Of a stretch of DNA of 64,000 nucleotides, positions 20,882 through 30,499 are shown piece by piece (the stretch's first letter is position 1; every line of letters starts with the position of its first letter). Origin of the DNA: Minisyncoccota bacterium (GTDB taxonomy: Bacteria > Patescibacteriota > Minisyncoccia > Phycocordibacterales > UBA9973); NCBI GenBank assembly GCA_025453495.1, contig JALOQM010000001.1:15664-79663 (forward strand). The letters are read 5' to 3'. A model generated the notes under the pieces. That model made no database searches and was not told where the DNA came from. It worked only from the letters and a program-made list of their open reading frames with translations. Position numbers and translations under genes: made by a program.

Positions 20882-21445
20882 CTAGAAGCTAACTGCAACT
20901 GGATTCTTTGCTGCAGCGTCTTCAAGTTGGAAGAGTTCCATTTCTTTGAACTTACACATGCCTGCAATAATATTTGCTGGAAACGAATCAATCTTGGTAT
21001 TTAGCTCCATCACATTTGTATTATAGAAACGGCGTGCGGCTTGAATCTTGTTTTCGGTATCAGAAAGTTCACGCTGAAGCTCAAGAAAATTTGTATTTGC
21101 TTTAAGATCAGGATACGCTTCAGCGACAGCAAAAATAGACTTCATGGCACTTGTAAGCATATTTTCAGCTTGTGCAATTGCCTGCTTATCACTACCTGCG
21201 TCAGCAGTAAGCGCATTTGCTCGTGCTTCTGTTACTTTCTCAAATACTGTGGATTCATGCGCAGCGTAGCCTTTTACTGTACTTACTAAGTTTGGGATAA
21301 GGTCATAGCGGCGCTTGAGCTGAATATCAATATCAGACCATGCCTCTTGTGCGCGATTCTTAAGTGAAACAAAACGGTTGTATGCTGCAATTGCCCAGAT
21401 GACAATGACTCCCGCAGCAATCAAAAGTATGCTTGTTAGTGACAT
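20882..21445 (-). CDS. lemA: LemA family protein
   Basis: Motifs AWSDIDIQLKRRYDLIPNLV, EAYPDLKA and ARRFYN. Confidence 0.95.
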   Translation of the reverse strand: MSLTSILLIAAGVIVIWAIAAYNRFVSLKNRAQEAWSDIDIQLKRRYDLIPNLVSTVKGYAAHESTVFEKVTEARANALTADAGSDKQAIAQAENMLTSAMKSIFAVAEAYPDLKANTNFLELQRELSDTENKIQAARRFYNTNVMELNTKIDSFPANIIAGMCKFKEMELFQLEDAAAKNPVAVSF

Positions 21446-21533
21446 ATATCTATAAATTATTATGCGAATAAGCTCTTATAGTATACGGTCGCATACTATA
21501 AAAAGCAAAAAACTTGCTATTAGTAGAATTGAT

Positions 21534-22439
21534 TTAATTAGTGCCAGATTTTTTTCTATTCTGACGCTCCTCTACCCAGACAAGGAGTGGTGATGCAAGG
21601 AAGATAGATGAGTAGGTACCAGAAATCATACCAGCAGTGAGCATGAGCGCGAAGTTCTTTGTTGACTCTGGACCAAAGAACGAAAGCGAAAGCAAAACGA
21701 TAATAACAGTAAGAGAGGTAGAAATAGAACGCTGGTAGACCTGTGAAAGACTCCGGCCGACAGTTTCTCTAAAGGTAGGAAAGGCTTGGTTCTTGAGATT
21801 TTCACGAATGCGGTCAAAAACGACAATAGTATCTGAAATAGAAACACCAAGCACAGTCAGGATTGCGACGACAAACAATGTGTCTACTTCTGCTCCATTA
21901 AAGTAAGAAAGCAAAGAGAAAATACCGATCGGAATCGCGATATCGTGCAAAAGAGTGACGACAGCGATTAAACCATATTTCCATGATGATACAGGACGAG
22001 ATACACTGCGGAACGAAAAAGCGATGAACGTGATAATAGCGAGTATAACAAAGAGCATGGACATGATTGCTTTTTTCCTAAGCTCTGATCCGACAGAAGG
22101 ACCGATAGAAGTAAAGCTCTTCTCTGCTACCTGCGTGTCATTTGCTGAGAGTGCACTGACAACTGCAACGCGTTCTGCTTCTGAAAGATAGCGAGTCTTT
22201 ATAAAGAAGCTATCAGTTCCTGAAGGCTGAATGAGTGCTTCACCGATACCGATCGGATCGATCGCTGACTGCACGACAGACACCTCTGGACGCTCGACGG
22301 TATAAGAAATTTCCATTCTTGAGCCTCCGAGAAAATCAATACCGAGATTGAGTCCAAATACAGAGACAAGCAAGACTGAGACAAGTACAAGAGTGACTGA
22401 GATAGTGATAAATATATTTTTGTGAGTGACGATAAACAT
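21534..22439 (-). CDS. secF: Protein translocase subunit SecF
   Basis: Motifs LGIDFLGG, IGPSVG.EL and DTIVVFDRIRE. Confidence 0.95.
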   Translation of the reverse strand: MFIVTHKNIFITISVTLVLVSVLLVSVFGLNLGIDFLGGSRMEISYTVERPEVSVVQSAIDPIGIGEALIQPSGTDSFFIKTRYLSEAERVAVVSALSANDTQVAEKSFTSIGPSVGSELRKKAIMSMLFVILAIITFIAFSFRSVSRPVSSWKYGLIAVVTLLHDIAIPIGIFSLLSYFNGAEVDTLFVVAILTVLGVSISDTIVVFDRIRENLKNQAFPTFRETVGRSLSQVYQRSISTSLTVIIVLLSLSFFGPESTKNFALMLTAGMISGTYSSIFLASPLLVWVEERQNRKKSGTN

Positions 22440-22443
22440 AGTA

Positions 22444-23841
22444 TTATTTCTTAGCTTTTGCGGAAGAAAGACCGCTACCAAATAAGAACGCGATCAACCG
22501 ATTAGATTTGTCCATACCGAGAGACAGCATAAAAATACGAGAAATGGTAATCGCTGTAAACATAGAGACAAGTATACCTAGACCAAATGTCAGGGCAAAT
22601 CCTTTGATGATTGAGGTACCAAATGCAAAGAGAATGAGTGCAGTAATGATACCTGAGAAGTTAGAATCACGAATCGCAAACCAAGTACGAGAAAAGCCGG
22701 TGCGGATACCATCGCTTACTGTGCGACCATTTCTAATCTCTTCTTTAATACGCTCAAAGACAAGCACATTTGCATCTACAGCGACACCAATTGAGATAAT
22801 GAAGCCTGCGATACCGCCAGCAGTCAATGTAACACCAAAGAGCTTGAAGAGTGAGAGAGTAATGAGAGCATAAAGCGCAAGTGTGATGATGCCAATAATA
22901 CCCGGGAGTCGGTACCAGACGATCAAAAAGAGGGCGACAGCAAGGAAGCCGATAATCGCCGCACGAATACCATCATGTACTGCAGCTACGCCAAGTGAGG
23001 CACCAATAGTCTGCGTTGAAACAAGTTCGATAGGGACAGGCAAAGCGCCAGAGTTCAACCGACCGACAAGTGTCTTTGCTTCCTCAGGAGTGAAGTTGCC
23101 GGAAATCTGTGCGCTACCAGTCGTAATAGCCTCACGTACAACTGGTGCAGAGATTGGTGCACCATCAAGATAGATGGCAACTGTCTTCCCTACATTTTCG
23201 CTCGTGATACTTTTGAAAAGTTCTGCGCCTTCTGTATTGAACGTGAGAGAAACAATCGGCTCGCGAGTGTTTGGAGAAAATTCTACTGCTGCGCGAGAAA
23301 GAAATCTACCAGTAAGATCAGTAGGTATATAGAACGGATCAGCAAATGCGACATCTGGTGTCTTACCCTCCAAAAGGAGCGCTTGCGCTTCTTCGTACTG
23401 TGCGACAAGCGCATCTTTCTCTGGGCCCTCAGGACGTTCGGTCTTAAACTCAAGAAGCGGTGTCTGGCCAATCATAGTGATTGCTTTGTTGACATCGGTC
23501 ACTCCAGGGATGTCTATAGTAAGACGTTCTTCTCCATTGTTCGAAAATCCTCCGGACTCTACTTGTACAACTGGTTCGCTGACACCAAAGAGATTTACGC
23601 GGCGCTCAACAACATCACGAAGTGAATCCATCGCTTCACTTACCTCTGATGGTGCTACTGCTGAGACATCAGCTCTATAGACAAGGTGTGTACCACCAGA
23701 GAGATCGAGTCCGAGCTTAAACGGAAACTTCGTCTCCTCTACGGGAGTATTTGAGAGGACAGGCTCAGTCCTATAGACAAAATAGCCAACACCGCATCCA
23801 GCGATAAGAATAAGTAGTGCTAAAACTCTAGTTTTCCACAT
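22444..23841 (-). CDS. secD: Protein translocase subunit SecD
   Basis: Motifs LGLDLSGG, RVNLFGVSEP and VDANVLVFERIKEE. Confidence 0.95.
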   Translation of the reverse strand: MWKTRVLALLILIAGCGVGYFVYRTEPVLSNTPVEETKFPFKLGLDLSGGTHLVYRADVSAVAPSEVSEAMDSLRDVVERRVNLFGVSEPVVQVESGGFSNNGEERLTIDIPGVTDVNKAITMIGQTPLLEFKTERPEGPEKDALVAQYEEAQALLLEGKTPDVAFADPFYIPTDLTGRFLSRAAVEFSPNTREPIVSLTFNTEGAELFKSITSENVGKTVAIYLDGAPISAPVVREAITTGSAQISGNFTPEEAKTLVGRLNSGALPVPIELVSTQTIGASLGVAAVHDGIRAAIIGFLAVALFLIVWYRLPGIIGIITLALYALITLSLFKLFGVTLTAGGIAGFIISIGVAVDANVLVFERIKEEIRNGRTVSDGIRTGFSRTWFAIRDSNFSGIITALILFAFGTSIIKGFALTFGLGILVSMFTAITISRIFMLSLGMDKSNRLIAFLFGSGLSSAKAKK

Positions 23842-23941
23842 AAAAATCAGTTATTTAGTAAGCAATACAAGCCGCATTCTAGCGGGTTTAGCACGAAATA
23901 GCAAATAGAAAAACCAGGTGTATACCCCAGTTCTTCTGTTG

Positions 23942-24328
23942 TTATCTTTTTTTCCTTTTGGAAAACTTGGCAGTCATGTTTTTAAAATAGCGCACAAATT
24001 TTGGTGGACGATCATCAAAAGTTGGTCCAATGATCCCTGGTTTTCTATAGCTCATTGCTGGGGTCATAGAAACTGGTTTTTTTCTTCCTTTTGCTAGTTC
24101 ACGTAGTTGTTGTTCAGTAAGACCAGCGTAATTACTGTCTGAGTGCTTTATTTTATCCTGCCCTTTTGGCGAGATTGATCCTGGTTCAGTAGTTATCGCA
24201 ATACCTTTTTCATTTGCAGTAAAACTTACAATCCTGTTATCGTCAAAATCTTCTGGAATATCTTCATAAGGAATTCTTTTTCCTGGCTGCACATCTTCTA
24301 ATAAATCATTTTTAAAATTACTCCTCAT
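23942..24328 (-). CDS. Hypothetical protein
   Basis: Co-oriented ORF filling the gap between the PAP2 gene and secD; no motif recognised. Confidence 0.55.
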   Translation of the reverse strand: MRSNFKNDLLEDVQPGKRIPYEDIPEDFDDNRIVSFTANEKGIAITTEPGSISPKGQDKIKHSDSNYAGLTEQQLRELAKGRKKPVSMTPAMSYRKPGIIGPTFDDRPPKFVRYFKNMTAKFSKRKKR

Positions 24329-24351
24329 ATAGACAACATAACACAAAACAC

Positions 24352-24906
24352 TTAGAGAATCCCATATTTTCTCCCAAACCAGCGAAGCATACGATGGACA
24401 GCAATTGTCACCACCGGCCCGAGAACAAACCCTCCGATAATATCAATTGGGAAATGTACGCCTGCTACGATACGTGCAACTCCAACAACAAGTGCAATAC
24501 CGCCAAGGAGCATACCAAAACGCTTGTGATAACGATACACAGCCACTGCAAGTGCTGAGAAAAATGTTGCATGTCCAGATGGAAATGCGTAGCCTGTATG
24601 TTCAAAAAGAAGCACTACATCACGCACAACAAACGGTCGATCAGTAGCAAAAAGATATTTGAAAAATTGAGCTGCACCCCATGCAGCAAATGCTGAACTA
24701 AGGACTAGTACCACTTCTTTTGCTTTTTGAAACAATAATGCTGTTGTACGTGGTTCTGTTTGCTTGTCACGATACAATACTACAAAAAGAATCACTCCGA
24801 TCAGAGTAAGGTTTCCAAGCCAAACAGCACAAAATACAATTATTTTATCTAGTATCTGACTGTGTCCTGCAAGGGTATTAAAAAAGTGAAATAGTATTTC
24901 ATTCAT
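24352..24906 (-). CDS. PAP2 family phosphatase (BcrC-like undecaprenyl-PP phosphatase)
   Basis: Motifs K......RP, FPSGH and R...GVHFPID. Confidence 0.9.
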   Translation of the reverse strand: MNEILFHFFNTLAGHSQILDKIIVFCAVWLGNLTLIGVILFVVLYRDKQTEPRTTALLFQKAKEVVLVLSSAFAAWGAAQFFKYLFATDRPFVVRDVVLLFEHTGYAFPSGHATFFSALAVAVYRYHKRFGMLLGGIALVVGVARIVAGVHFPIDIIGGFVLGPVVTIAVHRMLRWFGRKYGIL

Positions 24907-25753
24907 GCTGTGTGATACCTTTATTTTTTTGCCCCGCAGCAAGCAATACATTTCTAAGAAGCATCGCGACTGTCACTGGACCGACACCACCAGGCACTGA
25001 AGAGAGAATTGCTGCAATACCTTCCACTGAAGCACGATCTACATCGCCGACCACTGTATTTGTCTCTTCAGATGTACCGGCATCAACAATAATCACACCA
25101 TTCTTGATCATAGTTCCTTTGATGTATCCTGGCTCACCAATAGCTGAAATAATGATATCAGCACTCTTGAGCAGCTCCAGTGCATCCGGCGTTTTTATAT
25201 CAATGACAGAAACGTTGTATCCACGAGCATGCAAAAGATGTGAGACAGGTTTACCAACGAGCTTACCTTGTCCAAGCACAACAAAGTGCTTATTTGTAAG
25301 ATCAAGTTGTAAAGAATCAAGCACTGCTAGACAGGCAAGAGCGGTCGGATAGGCAAGCACTTCTTGACCTTGATAAAAAGCATTGCTCGTCTCTGTCGAA
25401 AGACAATCTACATCAATCGATGGATCAATCGCATCAAGCACTGCTTGTGTATCTATGTGTTGTGATAGTGGCAATTGGACTATTAAGCCGCACATATCAG
25501 GGTATGCGTTTAGCTGTTGTATTTCTGCAATGAGTTTCTCAGTTGTGATTGCATCAGGAAATGAAGCGAAATGCGCGTGGATACCTACAGACGATGCAGT
25601 TTTTGCTTTCATCCGGACATATTGTGCAGATACAGGATCATCGCCAACAAGTACATCACAAAATACTGGCGTAAACGAAAGACCCGCAATATCAGCTGTG
25701 ATTTCGGAAAGCAATCTATCTCTTATTTTTTTGCCATCAATCAGTGTCGTCAT
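24899..25753 (-). CDS. folD: Bifunctional methylene-THF dehydrogenase/cyclohydrolase
   Basis: Motifs YVRMK, IVQLPL, DVD, LVGKP and VPGGVGPVT; ends in TGA. Confidence 0.93.
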   Translation of the reverse strand: MTTLIDGKKIRDRLLSEITADIAGLSFTPVFCDVLVGDDPVSAQYVRMKAKTASSVGIHAHFASFPDAITTEKLIAEIQQLNAYPDMCGLIVQLPLSQHIDTQAVLDAIDPSIDVDCLSTETSNAFYQGQEVLAYPTALACLAVLDSLQLDLTNKHFVVLGQGKLVGKPVSHLLHARGYNVSVIDIKTPDALELLKSADIIISAIGEPGYIKGTMIKNGVIIVDAGTSEETNTVVGDVDRASVEGIAAILSSVPGGVGPVTVAMLLRNVLLAAGQKNKGITQHE

Positions 25754-25758
25754 ATGTG

Positions 25759-26877
25759 TTACATACCCAAGAATTCATGTTTGAGATCGTCACGATGCGC
25801 TGTTCGTGCGTAGCGGCGCATACCCATCAATATACCAAGCGCAAGACCCTCAGTGAGAAGATGCGAACCGCCATAACTCATAAGTGGCAATGGAATACCT
25901 GTGACGGGAAACATGCCAATATTCATACCAATATTGATCAAGAAGTGGCTCATAAAAAGTATCGCGACCCCCATACCATACAGTACTTCAAAGTTAGTGG
26001 CGCCCAGTCGTGCATTTGCAAGTATGCGCCAGATAATGAGTGCATACAATACAAGCAAGAGCAGTGAGCCAACGAATCCCCACTCTTCGGCATATGCCGC
26101 AAAAATAAAATCTGTCTCAGATTCAGGGAGAAAATGAGAGCGTGATTGCGTACCATAGCCAACACCTTTGCCAATAATCTGACCAGAACCAACTGCAATC
26201 ATCGACTGGTGCACATTATAGCCAGAACCATGAATATCTGAGAGTGGATTGATAAATGTTATGATACGTGCCTTCTGATAGTCCTTGAAAACAAATCCCC
26301 ACATGAGCGCAAGACAAGCAAAACCGACTGAAAACACAATAAGAAGATGCTTCTTGCTGATACCGGAGACCAGGATCATGCCAAACCACACAAGAAATAT
26401 AAGCATCGCAGAGCCGAAGTCCGGCTGGATAAGGACAAGCAAGAATGGCACTAGCGCATAGAGCGCAGAGATAAAAATATGCTTAAAATTAGCAATCTCC
26501 ACATGGCGACGAGAAAAATATTTTGCAAGAATAATAACAACCACAAGCTTCATCATGTCAGCCGGTTGAAACGAAAAACCACCAAACGAAAACCAACTCT
26601 GTGCACCTTTGGCAACAGTACCAATTCCAAAAAGGAGTATCAAAAGTCCACAAAAAAAGAGGAAGAGTGTGACAAGGATATCAGTACGCTTGAGAAAACG
26701 AAAGTCGATAATTGATGCACCAAAAAACATAACGAAAAAAACACCGATCCACAGCAGCTGTCTTGCAAAGATAGTTGTCTCGCCGGTAAAGGATTTCATA
26801 GTAATGAGCCCAGCGGCAAGTACCGGGACAAGAAACGCAAACAAAAGCCAATCAATCTTCAAAGGTCGATAGTGCAT
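25759..26877 (-). CDS. rodA: Rod shape-determining SEDS protein RodA
   Basis: Motifs GAQSW...FQP, QPDFG, LPE..TDFIF..AEEWG and PVTGIPLP..SYGGS. Confidence 0.92.
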   Translation of the reverse strand: MHYRPLKIDWLLFAFLVPVLAAGLITMKSFTGETTIFARQLLWIGVFFVMFFGASIIDFRFLKRTDILVTLFLFFCGLLILLFGIGTVAKGAQSWFSFGGFSFQPADMMKLVVVIILAKYFSRRHVEIANFKHIFISALYALVPFLLVLIQPDFGSAMLIFLVWFGMILVSGISKKHLLIVFSVGFACLALMWGFVFKDYQKARIITFINPLSDIHGSGYNVHQSMIAVGSGQIIGKGVGYGTQSRSHFLPESETDFIFAAYAEEWGFVGSLLLLVLYALIIWRILANARLGATNFEVLYGMGVAILFMSHFLINIGMNIGMFPVTGIPLPLMSYGGSHLLTEGLALGILMGMRRYARTAHRDDLKHEFLGM

Positions 26878-26878
26878 A

Positions 26879-27655
26879 TCAGAAAGTGAAATCAAAAATA
26901 TCTATTCTTGGGATAACTTCTATCCGTTCGACGGGTATAGAGAATTTCTCAGGCCAAGTAAAATACACTGGCGTTGCTGTACGCGACTTACTTTCGGTAA
27001 CAAGTGTCTTGCTTGCTGCAATAGCTGTGCCATCTGCATCGTATAAAACAACACCGAGACTCACATCTGTGAGATTATATATAGAATCATTTTTAAACTG
27101 CGCTTCAAGACGAGGCTCGTTTGAATCTTCCGAAAGGATTGTATCAGATACAGACACAGAAAGCTTTTCTGTACGCGGATCAATCTGTATCCATGTCGGC
27201 TCTTCTAGAAACGTAAACGCAACACGCTTAGGGATACGATTCCCGGTACTGATTCCTGGCTCAAGTATCGGCACACGACTATTTGGCCCAACAAATGTCT
27301 GACCTGTTCTCCGAGTAATAAAAACATTTTGCTCGTCATAGAGTTTGAATTCGTACTTGATAGAGGGGATGCCAATTTGTGCATTTTGGTTTTCGACATA
27401 AGCAACTGCATTATAGAGACCGTCAGAAACTTTGAATGGCTTTGTCCATCTGACAATCAAATCATTTGCTTGAAAAAAGCATGCCGAAAGACAAGACCCA
27501 CCACAATCGACACCAGCCTCAGTACCGTTTTGTTTGCCATCAGAACAGGTCGGTGACGTATTTAATTTTGGGTACAAGTTAAAAAAGGCAATGACAAGAC
27601 CTATTGCAACAATGCTTCCGATATATATAAGCCGACGCTTCACTGCCCAATCCAT
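26879..27655 (-). CDS. Membrane-anchored protein with Cys-rich CSDGxQNGxExGVDCGGxC motif and FxLYD-like domains
   Basis: One TM segment, the Cys motif, then FKLYD and VVLYD repeats. Confidence 0.75.
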   Translation of the reverse strand: MDWAVKRRLIYIGSIVAIGLVIAFFNLYPKLNTSPTCSDGKQNGTEAGVDCGGSCLSACFFQANDLIVRWTKPFKVSDGLYNAVAYVENQNAQIGIPSIKYEFKLYDEQNVFITRRTGQTFVGPNSRVPILEPGISTGNRIPKRVAFTFLEEPTWIQIDPRTEKLSVSVSDTILSEDSNEPRLEAQFKNDSIYNLTDVSLGVVLYDADGTAIAASKTLVTESKSRTATPVYFTWPEKFSIPVERIEVIPRIDIFDFTF

Positions 27656-27780
27656 AAAGCCATCATAGCAAAGATGACTGTTTTCTAAAAATAAGCAGTG
27701 CACCTCACAACTACCTAGACCCCGGTGGTTGTCTCCGGGGTGTCTATAGCGTTTTAAGTAATAAATAGATTGAATAATTT

Positions 27781-27890
27781 GTTCTGGCGACTACCTACTT
27801 TCCCCACAAGGAGTATCATCGGCTCTAGAGGTCTTAACTTCTCTGTTCGGAATGTAAAAAGGTGTTGCCCCTCCGACTAATCACCAGAAC
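27781..27890 (-). rRNA. rrf: 5S rRNA
   Basis: Terminal stem gttctgg/ccagaac with conserved CCGAAC and GTAGGTAGTCGCC segments; downstream of 23S. Confidence 0.9.
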
Positions 27891-27906
27891 AAAATATTCA
27901 ATGGCT

Positions 27907-27938
27907 AAAGAAAAAACGTACTGCTTCACAACAGTACG
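27907..27938 (-). terminator. Intrinsic-terminator-like hairpin in the 23S-5S spacer
   Basis: Minus strand reads CGTACTG-loop-CAGTACG followed by TTTTTTCTTT. Confidence 0.55.
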
Positions 27939-28478
27939 CTCGAATATTTGATAAACATTTTCTACAGGGTGAATTTTAATCACAATTTTATTATATTTCG
28001 CTGCATAAGCAGTGAAAATCAAGAAGTCATTGACCTGTTTTGAGAGTTTCCTCTCTATTCCAAGCTTGCTTCTTGTTCGATAAAATCTTTCAATGCTTTT
28101 TGTTATCACTCACATGCCCGTAACAGCAATGGCTATTACGATAGCACGTGGTAAGCACATCCCTTTTCAGAAATTTCTTTCTAAATTGGTCTCTAGTAGT
28201 TAGTTCATCTTATATCTAAGCACATTATTTCAAGTAATTATTGTATTGTCAAGTGGTGATTTCCAAATTTCCTAATAGGAATCGGATAATTAGTACTTCT
28301 CGGCTCCACACATTACTGCGTTTCCACCTAAAGCCTATCAACGTAATCATCTCTTACGATCCTCAAACGATTCCTAATCTTGAAGCTGGCTTCCTTCTTA
28401 GATGCTTTCAGAAGTTATCCATTCCGAACATAGCTACCGGACAGTGCCGTTGGCACGACAGCCCGCACACCAGAGGTT

Positions 28479-28510
<32 letters not shown>

Positions 28511-28562
28511 CCCTTCTCAAGAATCAACGCCTGCAGTAGATAGGAGACCAACCTGTCTCACG

Positions 28563-29095
28563 CATCTATGTTTTACATCCATCATCCTGCGTTACGGGAT
28601 AACAGATCCTTCATTACTGAAGGGATCGGACTGTAACTTATTCATTGATTCACGAATTATGATTTATGATTCAAGAACGCACACATTCAGTCTCTACGGG
28701 TACTATTCGTACTGGAAAGTGGAGTCAATAAGTTTTCACTAATTGACTCACAGTGGACTTTGCATGAAGCCAGTTTAAGATTCATAACAATCCAAGCCTG
28801 GTCACCCAAGCGTATCTGGCACTGCCATTGGTGGTATATTAAACCCCGACAGTATTGATTCCACTTTCCAATACAAATAATTTCCCTCGGTATTGTCCTC
28901 TGATTACTCAGTTCGGATTTTACCGATATACGTGTACTTCACATCACATATCACTATATGATGCCGCCGTGCGTGCGCATACCGCGCACCATGGTCTTAA
29001 TCTCAGATTAAAACATCCTGAAAAAGAATTTCTTCCCTTCAGGTTCCTCAACGGGTTCAAACTGTTAAACCCACAAGGTCATTCTTATGACCTTA
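28563..29095 (-). ncRNA. Group I intron at 23S position 2593 (E. coli numbering), no homing endonuclease ORF
   Basis: Interrupts AAACCGT|CGTGAGACAG and ends in G. Core P (ATATCGGTAAAA), Q (AATACCGAG), R (CCCGTAGAGACTG) and S (AAGTTACAGTCC) elements are present; 533 nt. Confidence 0.9.
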
Positions 29096-29410
29096 ACGGT
29101 TTGAACCCAGCTCGCGTAACTTTTTAATTGGCGAACAGCCAAACCCTTGGCACCTTCTCCAGCGCCAGGATAAGTTGAGCCGACATCGAGGTGCCGAACT
29201 CCGCCGTCGATATGAACTCTTAGGCGGAACTAGCCTGTTATCCCTAGAGTAGCTTCTATCCCTTAATCTTCGGCCGCGTCTAAAGCGGACCATCGGTTCA
29301 CTTGGTTCTGCTTTCGCACCTGCTTGGCATGTACGCCTCACAGTCAAGCCAGCTTGTGCCCATACACTATCGGCACGGTTTCCATTCGCGCCTAGCTGAC
29401 CTTAATAAAG

Positions 29411-29451
<41 letters not shown>

Positions 29452-29742
29452 ACCCACCAGATACTGTCCCTTTGCGTTTTTGCCGCAAGGGTTAGAACAT
29501 GCCACGAGAAAGAATGGTATTTCACTGACGACTCCATATCAACCAAGATCGATACTTCAAAGTCTCCCATCTATGCTACGCAGTCACGCAACATGCTCAA
29601 TATCAAGCTATAGTAAAGCTTCTAGGGTCTTTTCGTCTAACTGCAGGTAATCGGCATCTTCACCGATATTGTATTTTCACCGAGCAAGTCCCCGAGACAG
29701 TTGTCCAGTCATTACGCCATTCGTGCGCGTCAGAACTTACCT

Positions 29743-29793
<51 letters not shown>

Positions 29794-30499
29794 CAGGGCT
29801 TATATCAGTCAGCTTGAGATAATCTCACCGCCGATATTTGACCTTCTGGCATTGGTCAGGCGTCACCCCCTATACATCCTCTTGCGAGTTCGCAGGGAGC
29901 TGTGTTTTTGATAAACAGTTGCCAGACATACTTTCGCTGCGCCCCATGAAATTAATCATGGGGAAGCCTTATTCCGAAGTTACGGCTGCTTTTTTGCCGA
30001 GTTCCTTGGGGACCTCTCACTCGTTCGCCTTGGTCTACTCGACCTGACTACCTGTGTCGGTTTACGGTACGGTTCCTGCGACGTTATACTTAGAGAATTT
30101 TCTCGGAAGCGTGCTTTGTGAAATCTATCCCGGCGAACCGGAACATTTCCGCTGTGTTTGGAGACTGCTATCTAAAGCAGATGCAGGGATTTTCCTCCGC
30201 ATCGGTCCTCACACCACGAACCCAAATCCAATAATGGGCTCCACATACAACCCTTCGTCCTCCCATCGTACGTCGCAGAAGTCACGGAATATTAACCGTG
30301 TGTCCATCGCGTGCGGCTTTCGCCATCCGCTTAGGCCCGACTAACCCTTGGCTGATTGACATTACCAAGGAAACCTTAGTCTTTCGGCGTGCGGGGATTT
30401 CACCCGCATTGCGGTTACTTGTGCCAACATTCTTACTTCCACACGCTCCAGATTGGCTCACGCCTTGTCCTTCACAGCAGAGTGGAATACTCTCCTACC

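Noticed and set aside
24899-24901. UGA reassignment (code 25 or 4) suggested by the UCA tRNA
   Set aside because: TGA terminates folD and the ORFs ending at 26879 and 61025 at sensible positions, and conserved genes are intact under code 11.
28731-28756. Hammerhead ribozyme core in the intron insert (CUGUGA...GAAA)
   Set aside because: The core lacks the conserved A of CUGAnGA and there is no convincing stem II or flanking stems.
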